Below, in pieces: positions 1-12,550 of a stretch of 64,000 nt of DNA. Source of the stretch: Flaccisagitta enflata (taxonomy: Eukaryota); contig OZ231126.1 in assembly GCA_965153355.1 (NCBI GenBank), positions 40,238,001-40,302,000 on the forward strand. Reading direction: 5' to 3'. The position numbers were made by a program, and so were the translations under genes. The notes beneath the pieces were generated by a model. The model did not search any database. It saw only the letters and a list, made by a program, of their open reading frames with translations, and had not been told where the DNA came from. The number at the start of each line of letters is the position of its first letter. Position 1 is the first letter of the stretch.

Positions 1-68
1 GCAATATAATAGAGGCGAGCAGCAAAGGACAACTCGTAGCTGAGGGGAAAGGAGGATAGTCGGAGGTC

Positions 69-168
<100 letters not shown>

Positions 169-1164
169 TTTGTATGTATCAGACTGCATTGCGGGCACAA
201 TATATTGCTTTATGGTAATAATACCGTCCCTTTTCTAGCAATATTTCGATAGGCCAGCTGTAAAAGGCGCCATGAAATAAAAAAACAATAATGGCGTGAT
301 CAATTTGGGAAAAGACACCTTACCATTTGTTATAAGCGTGCTGCGCAACTGTTTCGGCCTCTTTTCTGTCCGTCCATCCATCCATCCCTCCTACCGTCTC
401 TTCGTCTGTCAGTACAACCATCCTTCCATCTGTCCGTCAATCTTCCGTCAATCTATCCCTCTGACCATCACTGTATCCAACCTTTTAACTATCTATCCAT
501 GTCAATTCATCTATCTATCTGTCCATCTGTACATCTATCCATCAATCCGTCTAATCGTCCATCTATCCGTCAATCTGTCCATCCATTTGTCTGAGCTTCT
601 GCCTATCCATCCGTCCATCCCTCTGACGGTCCATCTATGCGCGCGTCTGTCACATTTGTTGATTTTGCAGCCTTAATGCACCTGCCCAAATGATCAAGTG
701 ACCTCAAATATGGCCCCTGCCGACCCGCACGCGACTGGGGTAGCCGTGTATCCGGCCGTGTTTCTCTTCACTCGAGTTCAGCTGAAGATGTTTCAAGTGC
801 AAATAATGTATGATATTTTCCTCCACTTGATGTACCGCAGAAGAAACAATCAACTATCTGTCATGTTAAAAAGATTGATACTCGCAAGAATTCATGTTGA
901 AAAAATACCGCGCGTTGAAGGAGGAGGTGCTTGAAAAGTCTTGGTAAGTGAAAAAATCACAAACCCTGTTTTAGGGTCATTGGTATCTGCAGCAGTATCT
1001 GTAGCAGACTGCTAGTAGTATCTGTAGCAGCAGTATCAGTATTCATTGAATAGGTTATGAGAAAAAGTAGGGAGGTGGAGTCAAAAGCAACGATCAGTCT
1101 TGAATGACAAATAAAATGCAACCTAGCCTCAGAGCTAAAAAGTGACTTGTAATGTATAGAGCTA

Positions 1165-1575
1165 CTACTCGACTCAATAAAAAAGCCGCACTTTTAAATG
1201 ACAAATTGTCATACTAAATTTCAAAAAAACTAATTAAAATCTTAGACCATTAAAAAGCTCTTGAAAAGATCTTTCATTTGGCGCTAATCTGGTATTGCTA
1301 TCTTTTTTCGTTTAGAAATGGCATTAGTTTGAGTAAAAACATTGCCAAGTTCAGTTTCGCAATCCCTATGAAAAAAATGCATTTTAGCAAAATAGTGCTT
1401 TTCTTTGCAGAGCTCTAGCTCCTAAACCGTTTGAGATACAGATCTGGGATTGGTCTAGAATGAAAGAAAATTTGAAAATCTTTCAATTAACTCTGACAGA
1501 AAAAATTTCAAATAATTTTTTTTTTCTTATACATCAACTCAAAATAGGGTGCGGCTTTTTTTTTTAGTCGAGTAG
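1165..1575. mobile_element. Tc1/mariner-type MITE
   Basis: CTACTCGACTCAATAAAAAAGCCGCAC ... GTGCGGCTTTTTTTTTTAGTCGAGTAG inverted termini with TA on both sides. Confidence 0.75.
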
Positions 1576-1836
1576 TAGAGACTTTGCCCAATCTTCGGTT
1601 CTATGATTTGTCAATAAAACAATCACCAATCCCAATTTTGCATTCTTCATGTAACAAACCAATGGTCGCGGAGACACATAAAACCCGTTATGGAGCCCGG
1701 AGCCGCTGCTCAAAAAGCAAAGGAAGAATGAGAAAGCATCCAGGCAGAAAATGGGGAAAAGTAAAACCAGAAAAAAAAATTGGAATGAAAAAAATATGAG
1801 ACAGAACCAGAGTGGTAAAAAGAGAAAATAAATGAG

Positions 1837-1881
<45 letters not shown>

Positions 1882-2951
1882 AAGATAGAGAGAAAGAGAG
1901 AGTGGATGGGGACAGAAATAGACATCAAAACTGCAGGAAAGACTTACTGAATCAAACCAGTCATCCAAGGATCCCACATGGACAGTGGTACCCGTTACTC
2001 TGCTTGGAGTAATCAAGAGAACAAGTGAACTTTGAGCAGGACAGTGGCTGCAAAAGAGCAATATACTGTGCTGTTGAACACAGGGGCGAATTTTAAGGAG
2101 CTCTGATAGGGTGCTATAAAGATATTGAAGAGGCCAGATTTGAAATGTGAAGGGCGGATATTAGGTCTAGGGGGCAAAATTTAGGCTCACAAGACTGTTT
2201 GGAGGCCTGGAAGGCTGATTTTAGGGCAGGTTTGAGTCCTGTAGGGCTGATCTGAGACCCAGAGAGCTGATAGGAGGACTGGAATACTGGTTGGAGGCCA
2301 GCAGGGTAAACTCTAAATATTTGAAGGCTCTGAGAACAAATATCAGGCCTGAGAGTGGACGCATTAGCCAATGGCAGAGAAGGACAGACAGATGGCAGCA
2401 TGGAAGGATAGAAGGACAGACTTATGGACATCGAACTTGTGTGACCGCTGTTCAATAGGTGGCATGCAGATTGAGTTAGAATATCGAAGAGAATGAATAG
2501 GTGTCTCAGGAAAACAGACAGCCAAATCATTCAGGCCAGCAAAGTATGATTCACTTATTTTTTCTCGCGTTTCTCCCATCAACCACCCACAACTCTTTCC
2601 TGTCCTCAACTAGCTCTGTGACAGGCAGAGATCTGTTTTTTTTTACCTAATGTCACATTTTTTCTCAATATTGAAACCACCAGAAAAACACATTTTGCAG
2701 AATGTTTTTTAAATTTTCAGAGGCCTAAAGTAACATACCGAGGAGCCTGAAACAGCTTCAATTATCACAATTTTTCAGGGCTGTATAAAATGGAGTCGCT
2801 TTTGATTCCCCCCTCCCCCGGCCCCCTACCTTTGATAAAACTATGATTTTCTTCCTCTTAAAGCAATAAAACAGTATATAAAAGGTTTAAATTGCGTTGT
2901 ACTGACCAGGTTTTACGATTTGTTACTGCCAAAAGTAACATTTTCCTTTTT

Positions 2952-3637
2952 GGGCAGCGGCCCCGAAGGGGACGAAGTCCTGTAGAACACAGGGGACTTT
3001 CGTTTGTTCGTTCGTTCGTTTGTTCGTTTGTTCGTCCGTCCGTTCGTTTGTCCCCCCCAGGCCCTCTCAGGCCTGAAATCTGCCCTCTCAGGCCTAAAAT
3101 CTGCCTTCTCAGGCCTGAAATCTGCCCTCTCAGGCCTTGAATCTGCCCTCTCAGGCCTGAAATTTGCCCTTTCAGTCCTGAAACCTGCCCTCTCAGGCTT
3201 AAAATCTGCCCTCTCAGGCCTTGAATCTACCCTCTCAGGCCTTGAATCTGCCCTCTCAAAACAAATTTCAGGCCTGAAACCTGCCCTCTCAGGCCTAAAA
3301 CCTGCCCTCTCAGGCCTAAAATCTGCCCTCTCAGGCCTAAAATCTGCCCTCTCAGGCCTGAAATCTGCCATCTCAGATTCAAGGCCTGAGAGAGCAGATT
3401 TTAAGCCTGAGAGGGCAGATTTTAGGCCAGAGAGGTCAGATTTCAGGCCTGAGAGGGCCTGGGGGGCGGACGGACGGACAGATGGATGGACGAACGAACG
3501 AACAAACAAAAGTCCCCCGTGTTCTACAGGACTTCGCCCCTTTCGGGGCCGCTGCCCTGCCTCTCATTCTGATTTACAACCAAGCAAAGCAGGGCAACGG
3601 GTATCGCTGACCACGTATTGCCCTTGGGCGACCTGTT
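2952..3637 (+). mobile_element. Family B element (long sub-terminal inverted repeats, inverted 21-bp arrays, asymmetric 3' tail)
   Basis: GGGCAGCGGCCCCGAAGGGGACGAAGTCCTGTAGAACAC is inverted at 3519-3557. The (CTCTCAGGCCTGAAATCTGCC)n array flips near 3378. Tail GCAGGGCAACGGGTATCGCTGACCAC...TGTT; T-run flanks. Related copies at 50145-50605 and 53400-53890(-). Confidence 0.8.
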
Positions 3638-3643
3638 CTCTCA

Positions 3644-3710
<67 letters not shown>

Positions 3711-3823
3711 CGTTGCTTTCCCTTCCCCATCACCAAACCTAATCCCACCCCTACGCTTACCCCCGTGTACAGGCCTGCCATATTTCTTCTTAGACACGTG
3801 CGCGCGACTTTATAACCCACTCT

Positions 3824-5066
3824 TAGAGTTGAGAGTGACTCGGGTTTTCAATCACCACCGATTTTCAGGGATTTTCCCTTGCCACCACCGTTTTTCGGTT
3901 TTTTTCAGTGATTTTTACACTGTATCTGCTTATGGGGTTGTTCAGATGCATCATGCTGTATGAACTTTGAGCGCAATTAATCATCAGAACCTAATAACTA
4001 CCAATGTAATGAAAAAAGAAGTGCTAAATTGAATAGTTTTTTTTTTCAAATTGAGCAACAGACCTGAATGAAGATCAACAAGTGATGTGGGTTCACAAAT
4101 ATTGTTGGGGATGTGTGGGCATTGGCATCCAACCTAACTTGTGCTGACTGATGGACTGACTGATCGATGGACGGACAAAGCCTCTTTTAGAGTTGCTTGT
4201 CCGCAACTTTAAAAAAAATGTGCATGTTAAAACTTGTCAATCATTGATTTTTGTCTGAATGTTTACACATGAAAAAGTAAACCTCTAAGTTTCTTCTTTG
4301 AACAGGCTGGAAGTGGATAGGTTTTTTGCACTTTTATATTTCTTGAGTTTTCTATACGACCTTTGTTCCTGGTGCTACCAAACAGAGGAAAAGCATATCC
4401 TGTTCCTATACAGATTTACTGCGAGATGGCATTCTTGATGCCATGGTCAAAAGGATGATTCATACCTTTGAATAAAACAAGGCCGGATACACGGCTACCC
4501 CAGTCGCGTGCGGGTGGGCAGGGGCTGTATTTGAGGTCACTTCATTATTTGGGCAGAAGCAGTGAGGCAAAAGACCGCAAAAACCCAAAAAAAGGTAATG
4601 TGTGATGGATGGACGGACCAACGGACCGATGGAGGGACCGACAAAGCAGGGTATAGAGTCGCGTAGCACGCGACTAAAAAGGCCAACACATAAAAGTCGG
4701 GTGATGGACATAAATAACTTAGGATGACTCAAATTGACTCAAATTGACTTAAAATGACTTACACTGACTTAAAAAAACATAAAATAATGATAAATTGAGC
4801 AAATTGACTTAAGTGACTTGAAATAATGTAAATGACTTAAAATGACTTACAATGACTTCGAATGACTAAGAATGACATAGAATGTCTTAGAATGACTAGA
4901 AATGACCTAAAATGACTAAGAATAAGTAAAAGTAATATAAAAGATAAAGTTTGACCGACGGACGGACGGACCGATGGACGGACGGACGGACAAAGCGGAT
5001 TGTAGAGTCGCTTGCACGCGACTAAAAAAGTGATTTCTTATCTCAGTCAGTTTGCTACTTTCATTT

Positions 5067-5152
<86 letters not shown>

Positions 5153-5593
5153 CTTTCTTGTACTTCTTCTGTCTTTCATTATTGGACTTGATCTCTTTTT
5201 CTTAATAACAGAATTGACAGTAGTGACACGCTCAATGAATACAAATACAGTAGTGAGGGAAAACATGATATCTTGAACTAAAGATATTGTTGTTATTTCT
5301 CAAGCTAGAAAAAACAAGAACTAGCTGAGTAAAACTGGTATCAGACACTGCTTTTTTGTCACCATGGTAACTGTAGAATAAGGGATTTAGATAATATGGA
5401 ATTTTTTCCTGCAAATTTCAAAGATTAACATGCGCACTTTCTTGAATATGATAGCAATTTCAGCAAAATGAAGGGCAGTTGGGGAAGGGAGAAAAAAACG
5501 GTGAAAAACCGAAAATCCAAATCACTGAATCAGTGAAAATTGGCATTCACTCCACCGTTTTTTCCGATGGTGAATCACCGAATCTCAAGCCTA
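3824..5593. mobile_element. hAT-like non-autonomous element nested in a family A element
   Basis: TAGAGTTGAGA...TCTCAAGCCTA termini; 8-bp flanks CCCACTCT/CCCACTAT. Removing it rejoins family A halves 3788-3823 and 5594-5778. Confidence 0.7.
4477..5027 (-). mobile_element. Two adjacent family A elements (short type 4477-4680; AATGACT-array type 4680-5027)
   Basis: AACAAGGCCGGATACACGGC...GAGTCGCGTAGCACGCGACTAAAAA, and a second terminus at 5005-5027. Confidence 0.78.
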
Positions 5594-6404
5594 CCCACTA
5601 TGTCGGTCGGTTGGTCCGTCTGTCCGTCCGTCGGTCGCCCTTAGCTTTTACAGCGTTTTAGGCGTTTTCAGGCGCCTTTTGAATCACTGCTCCTGCCCAA
5701 ATGCTTGAGAAAGCCTTTTTCATCACTGCCCCTGCCCACCCGCACGCGACTTCGGCAGCCGTGTATCCGGCCTTGTTGAGGTCAATTTCCAGATTTGCAG
5801 CAATTAAAAAGAAAATGCGTAACTCATGGACCAAGCTTCCTAAGTTTCAGTGAGGCGAAAGTACCCACACATACAAGAAACACAGAAATGGCTGAATGAT
5901 ATCCTTACAATGTTTGTTAAAATCTGATATCTGAAATCTTTAGCAAGAATCATTACGCGCGTTAACAAGCAAACTTTTCCATATTACGTCATCCTGTTAT
6001 TGTTAAACCAGTCGCATAAGCCTAAAAATGGCAAGTTTAATCCATGTCAAGCTTAATGATTTTATGGCAAGTCAACGCAACTCGTAAATTGCTTTTCCAA
6101 TATACCTTTGCGCGTGTGTTAACAAGATGTTTTTGAATTTGATGGTCATTCCTAATGACAAGAGGGAAATGTTTTTAAGCAAAACCACTGAAGCCTAACC
6201 GGGCAAATTATTGAAACAGCAAAAACCACTTTTTGCATCAACATGAACAACAACAACAACAACAACAACAGCAACGACAACGACAACGACAACGACAGCG
6301 ACGGCGGCATACTTATGGCAACAGCAACTTATATATAATCAAAGCCATAGAAATAGGTGAAACAAATTGACAAAGCAAATGACGATGACTTTTCGTTCTT
6401 TAAT

Positions 6405-6485
<81 letters not shown>

Positions 6486-7355
6486 CAATATACTGACAAC
6501 ACAAAATGCACTTTTGTAATTTCATTCCTGACTCAGCCCTCTAACAGAGGTAAAACAAAACATGTTCACAACATGGCAAAAAGCTCAAAAATAAAAGAAA
6601 TAAAAGCATGATTAAGTAGAATTGAGAATTAAATTTGCCTTCATTTGAGTTGGCATAAATCAGAATTCGTTTAGTGCATGAAGAAACTTTAATGCTGTGT
6701 CTCTTAGTCCACTTTCTCTCTGGCATGTCTCTTGTCTATCTCCAGATGCATACATATCTATAACAATCTTCGTTTCTGTTTCTTTTCCGACGTTCTATGA
6801 TCGCGGGCGAATGCGGCAATCTAGTCGCGGACGATTGGGCAGAGAAATAATGCAAAAACCGCTCGGAATTCAAATATACGACAGACCGTCCAACCGACCG
6901 ACAGATGGACCGACCGACTAAAGGTGTAGAGTCGCGTGTCCGCGACTAACAAGTGACGCGGGGTCACAATATCGTTGCGGACGGGTGGGCAGGGGCACCA
7001 ACCCCCATCCACACCCCAACCCACCCCCAGCACTCAAACATATACAAAAAGAATTTAAACGCTCGTTTTCCCACTTTTCTTCCATATTTTCTTCTAGATA
7101 TTTGGTTTATTTGTGATTGTGCATTGCCTAATCACATGTCCGAGTTGCTTATCCAAAGTTGATACGTACCCACTCCCCACCACATACTCTTGTGAAAATG
7201 CGACGACTCAACTGAAAAAAAAAATCCCCATTCAATATAAAGTTAATTTTGTGACGATTCTTCAACAAAATTAACTCAACCATGTCCTTATTGATTGAAA
7301 ACAAAGAATTATCGCTCAGTCTCTTTCTCTTTGACTGTCTGTCTCCCCTCTCTCT

Positions 7356-7421
<66 letters not shown>

Positions 7422-7429
7422 CAACTCAC

Positions 7430-7577
7430 TTTCTGCTGCTAGGATGATTTCCTTGTCGCATCCTTGTTGTCTTCTGCCGAATTCCCCTTGGCATCCCAGC
7501 CGGTTGGATGCGCTGCAGAGGAAAACGCCGAAGTCATTGGTGTCAACGGAAGTAATTGTTGACAACAGGGTATGGGT
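7430..7577 (-). CDS. Internal exon of an Ig-superfamily host gene (C-terminal half of an Ig-like domain)
   Basis: Minus strand: (TC)n tract + GAAG acceptor, 148 nt open frame THTLLSTITSVDTNDFGVFLCSASNRLGCQGEFGRRQQGCDKEIILAAE, then GTGAGT donor. Matches the Ig E-F strand pattern IxxVxxxDxGx(Y/F)xCxAxNxxG and ends in phase 1. Confidence 0.75.
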
Positions 7578-7578
7578 C

Positions 7579-7640
<62 letters not shown>

Positions 7641-7833
7641 ATCGATTTGAAATGCTTATGGGTCACCCGTTGGTAAGGTGATTAGTTCAAAACAGATTGG
7701 TAACTAACTCGATGTCTTTTTGTTACCAATTTGAACAGGTGATGAGCTGGTGATGTCATGGATTTTAAATCGACTCTATCTGTTGTACTTCTTAATACTA
7801 GTGGAATATCCAATAGTGATGTTNNNNNNNNNN

Positions 7834-9840
7834 GGTTTGGGTCGGTAAGTGCTGCTGGGTGGTGATTTCAGCCCAGTGTGATAGGGGAATAGGGTGTCTG
7901 GGTGGTGATAGGTGGTTTGGGTCGGTAAGTGCTGCTGGGTGGATCGGATTTCAGCCCAGTGTGATAGGGAAGAGTCTGGGTGGTGATAGGTGGTTTGGTC
8001 GGTGGCGCTGCTGGGTGGTATTTCAGCCCAGTGTGATAGGGGAATAGGGTGTCTGGGTGGTGATTGGTGGTTTGGGTCGGTAAGTGCTGCTGGGTGGTGA
8101 TCTCAGCCCAGTGTGATAGGGGAATAGGGTGTCTGGGTGGTGATAGGTGGTTTGGGTCGGTAAGTGCTGCTGGGTGGTGATTTCAGCCCAGTGTGATAGG
8201 GGAATAGGGTGTCTGGGTGGTGATTGGTGGTTTGGGTCGGTAAGTGCTGCTGGGTGGTGATTTCAGCCCAGTGTGATAGGGGAATAGGGTGTCTGGGTGG
8301 TGATAGGTGGTTTGGGTCGGTAAGTGCTGCTGGGTGGTGATTTCAGCCCAGTGTGATAGGGGGGAATAGGGTGTCTGGGTGGTTTGGGCTTGTAAGTGCT
8401 GCTGGGTGTAGATTTCAGCCCAGTGTGATAGTGGAATAGGTGTCTGGGTGGTGATAGTGGTTTGGGTCGGCGCTGCTGGGTGGTGATTTCAGCCCAGTGT
8501 GATAGGGGAATAGGGTGTCTGGGTGGTGATAGGTGGTTTGGGTCTGTAAGTGCTGCTGGGTGGTGATTTCCAGCCCAGTGTGATAGGGGAATAGGGTGTC
8601 TGGGTGGTGATAGGTGGTTTGGTCGGTGCTGCTGGTGGTGATTTCAGCCCAGTGTGATAGGGGAATAGGGTGTCTGGGTGGTGATAGGTGGTTTGGGTCT
8701 GTAAGTGCTGCTGGGTGGTGATTTCAGCCCAGTGTGATAGGGGAATAGTGTCTGGGTGGTGATAGGTGGTTTAAAGGTAAGTGCTGCTGGGTGGTGATTT
8801 CAGCCCAATGTGACAGGGGAATAGGGTGTCTGGGTGGTGATAGGTGGCTTGGGTCGGTAAGTGCTGGCAGGATTTCCAGCCCAGTGATAGGGGAATAGGG
8901 TGTCTGGTGGTGATAGGTGGTTTGGGTCGGTTAGTGCTGCTGGGTGGTGATTTCAGCCCAGTGTGATAGGGGAATAGGGTGTCTGGGTGGTGATAGGTGG
9001 TTTGGGTCGGTAAGTGCTGGGTGGTGATTTCAGCCCAGTGTGATAGGGGAATAGGGTGTCTAGTGTGATAGGTGGTTTGGGTCGGTGGTAAGTGCTGCTG
9101 GGTGGCAGGGATTTCAGCCCAGTGTGATAGGGGAATAGGGCAGTCTGGGTGGTGATAGGTGGTTTGGGTCTGTAAGTGCTGCTGGGTGGTGATTTCAGCC
9201 CAGTGTGATAGGGGAATAGGGTGTCTGGAGATAGGTGGTTTGTCGGTAAGTGCTGCTGGGTGGTGATTTCCCAGCCCAGTGGATAGGGGAATAGGGGTGT
9301 CTGGGTGGTGATAGTGGTTTGGGTTTGCAAGTGCTGCTGGGTGGTGATTTCAGCCCAGTGATAGAGGGGAATAGGGTGTCTGGGTGGTGATAGGTGGTTT
9401 AGATGTAGGTGCTGCTGGGTGGTGATTTCAGCCCAGTGTGAGGGGGGAATAGGGTGTCTGGGTGGTGATAGGTGGTTTGGGTCGGTAAGTGCTGCTGGGT
9501 GGTGATTTCAGCCCAGTGTGATAGGGGAATAGGGTGTCTGGGTGGTGATAGGTGGTTTGGGTCGGTAAGTGCTGCTGGGTGGTGATTTCAGCCCAGTGTG
9601 ATAGGGGAATAGGGTGTCTGGGTGGTGATAGGTGGTTTGGGTCGGTAAGTGCTGCTGGGTGGTGATTTCAGCCCAGTGTGATAGGGGAATAGGGTGTCTG
9701 GGTGGTGATAGGTGGTTTGGGTCGGTAAGTGCTGCTGGGTGGTGATTTCAGCCCAGTGTGATAGGGGAATAGGGTGTCTGGGTGGTGATAGGTGGTTTGG
9801 GTCGGTAAGTGCTGCTGGGTGGTGATTTCAGCCCAGTGTG
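7834..9840. repeat. 80-bp G-rich minisatellite starting at the assembly gap (N at 7824-7833)
   Basis: Exact 80-bp period at 9481-9840; copies with many indels upstream. Confidence 0.95.
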
Positions 9841-11873
9841 CGCTCCGTCGGTCGGTCTGTCTGTCCGTCGGTCCGTCGGTCGGTAACACTTAGCTTTTTT
9901 GTGTCATTTATGGTCATTTTGGGTTGTCTGGAGTCATTTTGAGTCATTTTTTGTTGCTTTAGGTCATTTTTGATTGTTTTAAATAATTTTAGGTCATTTT
10001 TGATCATTTTTGATCATTTTTGATCACATCTCGCTTTTTCAGTCGTACGTTTTTAGCTGAATTTAGCTTCATTTCTGAGGTCAGATCCTTTTCTCTTCTA
10101 GCTTGTATTTTGGAACAGGAATGTGGAAAATATCTTGGCATTAATTTGCGCAAATATTTATACTTTTCTCAAGGCTAGGGAAGCAAAATTTTTAATAACT
10201 GATGAAATTTGAGCCTTGTAACTGGGTACCACTTCTTTGTTATTGTCGTTTCCAAGAATTTACGATAGTTTTTCTCTGATGATATATGTCATTTTGCTCA
10301 TTTATGTCATTTGTGTCATTTTTGGGTGTTTAAAGTAGTTTTTAGTCATTTCAAGCCATTTTGGGACATTTCCTGTCATTTTTGGTCATTTGACATCATT
10401 TTTGGTATGTTTTCGTCATTTATGTCATTTTGTTCATTTTGATCATTTAACTCATTTTTGTCCTTTTTTCTTATTTCTTGTCTTAGTAGGTCTTCTTTGG
10501 ATATTATGGGTCACTTTGGGTCATTGTAGGTCATTTTGGGTCATCTTGAGTCGTCATGGGTCCGGGCTGGAGACTCCATCTTTTGTCATTTTTTGGTCTG
10601 CTATAAGTCTGCTTTAAGTCTGGTTCGAGTCTGGTTTAAGTCTTGGTTTGAGTCTGGTTTAAGTTTGGTTTAAGTCTGGTTTAAGTCTGGTTTAAGTCTG
10701 GTTTAAGTTTGGTGAGCCTGTAAGCCTGCTGTAAGTCTGGTGTAAGTCTTGTTAAGTCTGTTTAAGTCTGGAAGGTGGTGTGGTGGTGGTGTAAGTGTGG
10801 TAAAAGGTGGTGTGCGTGGTGTGTGTGGTGGGTGTGGTGTAAGTCTGGTTTAAGTTTAAGTCTGGTTTAAGTCTGGCTTAAGTCTGGATTAAGTCTGGTT
10901 TAAGTCTGGTTTAAGTCTGGTTTTAGTCTGGTTTGAGTCTGGTTTGAGTCTGTTTTGAGTCTGGTTTGAGTCTGGATTGAGTCCAGATTGAATCTGGTTT
11001 GAGTCTGGTTTGAGTCTGGTTTGAGTCTGGTTTGAGTCTGGCTTGAGTCCAGATTGAATCTGGTTTGAGTCTGGTTTGAGTCTGGTTTGAGTCTGGTTTG
11101 AGTCTGGTTTGAGTCTGGTTTGAGTCTGGATTGAGTCCAGATTGAATCTGGTTTGAGTCTGGTTTGAGTCTGGTTTGAGTCTGGTTTGAGTCTGGCTTGA
11201 GTCCAGATTGAATCTGGTTTGAGTCTGGTTTGAGTCTGGTTTGAGTCTGGTTTGAGTCTGGTTTGAGTCTGGTTTGAGTCTGGTTTGAGTCTGGATTGAG
11301 TCCAGATTGAATCTGGTTTGAGTCTGGTTTGAGTCTGGTTTGAGTCTGGATTGAGTCCAGATTGAATCTGGTTTAAGTCTGGTTTGAGTCTGGTTTAAGA
11401 CTGGTTTATGTCTGGTTTATGTCTGATTGATGTCTGGTTTGGGTCTGGTTTAGGTCTGGTTTATGTCTGATTCATGTCTGGTTAAGGTCTGGTTTATGTC
11501 TGGTTTAGGTCTGGTTTAGGTCTGGTTTAGGTCTGGTTTAGGTCTGGTTTAAGTCTGGTTTAGGTCTGGTTTAATTCTGGTTTAATTCTGGTTTGAGTCT
11601 GGTTTGAGTCTGGTTTGAGCCTGGATTCAGTCTGGATTGAGTCTGGTTTGAGTATGGATTCAGTCTGGTTTGAGTCCGGTTTGAGTCTGGTTTGAGTCTG
11701 GTTTGAGTCTGGTTTGAGTCTGGTTTGAGTCTGGTTTGAGTCTGGTTTGGGTCTGGTTTGGGTCTGGTTTGGGTCAGGTTTAAGTCTGATTTTTGATAAA
11801 AAGATACAATAAGGAGTCACGTCAGTTCAGTTATTTTTGTCCTGCACGCGACTTATAGGTGTTGGCCTTGTTT
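9841..11873 (+). mobile_element. Long family A element (5' end lost) carrying GTCATTTT arrays and an 11-bp (TTTGAGTCTGG)n array at 10615-11790
   Basis: (GTCG/GTCT)n at 9845-9885; 3' end GCACGCGACTTATAGGTGTTGGCCTTGTT. Confidence 0.7.
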
Positions 11874-11970
11874 TATTTCTTTTGAATTTTTCTCGTCTTT
11901 CCCAATAACGAGGAAACAAGTTTGTTGAAGTCTATTTGAACTTTGACTCTGCAGGACTAAAAAAGCCTAA

Positions 11971-12178
11971 AACAAGGCCGGATACACGGCTATCCCAGTC
12001 GCGTGTGGGTGGGCAGGGGCTGTATTTGAGGTCACTTGATCACTTGGGCAGGAGCAGTGAGGCCAAAGACCGCAAAAACCAAATAAAAGTAAAGTGTGAC
12101 GGACGGACGGACGGATGGACGGATGGACGGACGGACCGACAAAGCGGGGTGTAGAGTGGCGTAGCACACAACTAAAAA
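11971..12178 (-). mobile_element. Family A short copy
   Basis: Same termini and body as 4477-4680. Further partial copies near 676-762, 6790-6950, 12347-12550, 22080-22225, 22539-22612, 23780-23850, 35657-35813, 53960-54140. Confidence 0.78.
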
Positions 12179-12550
12179 AATTCTGTGCAATTGATAGTTT
12201 AGGAGCTATGATTTCTTAACTTTTTTCTATTTTTTAAAATTTTTCTCATTTTTCCCCAATAACGAGGAATCGAGTTTGTTGAAGTCTATTTGAACTTTAA
12301 CTCTGCAGGACTCAAAAAGACCAAAGGGACTTCGTCTCTTCGACTTTTTTAGTCGCGTGCACGCGACTCTACACCCCCCTTTGTCCGTTGGTCGGTCGGT
12401 CGGTCGGTTGGTTGGTTGGTTGGTTGGTTGGTCCCCATTTTACTTTGTTTATCAATTTTATTTCTTTAGGTCATTTTAAGTCATTTTAGGGTAAACTAAG
12501 TCATTCTTAGTCATTCTAAGTCAATCTGTAAGTCTCGCACGCGACTTATA

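Noticed and set aside
1-39. Possible further minus-strand exon ([12 protein letters not shown]) after a TTTCCCCTCAG acceptor
   Set aside because: Too short and cut by the window edge; cannot be supported.
2913-3963. Long ORFs with LSGLKSA / RPERADF repeats
   Set aside because: Translations of the 21-bp array; open on both strands because the period is a multiple of 3.
7834-11790. CRISPR-like or telomeric array
   Set aside because: Pure tandem units with no unique spacers and no cas genes; no TTAGG/TTAGGG tracts.
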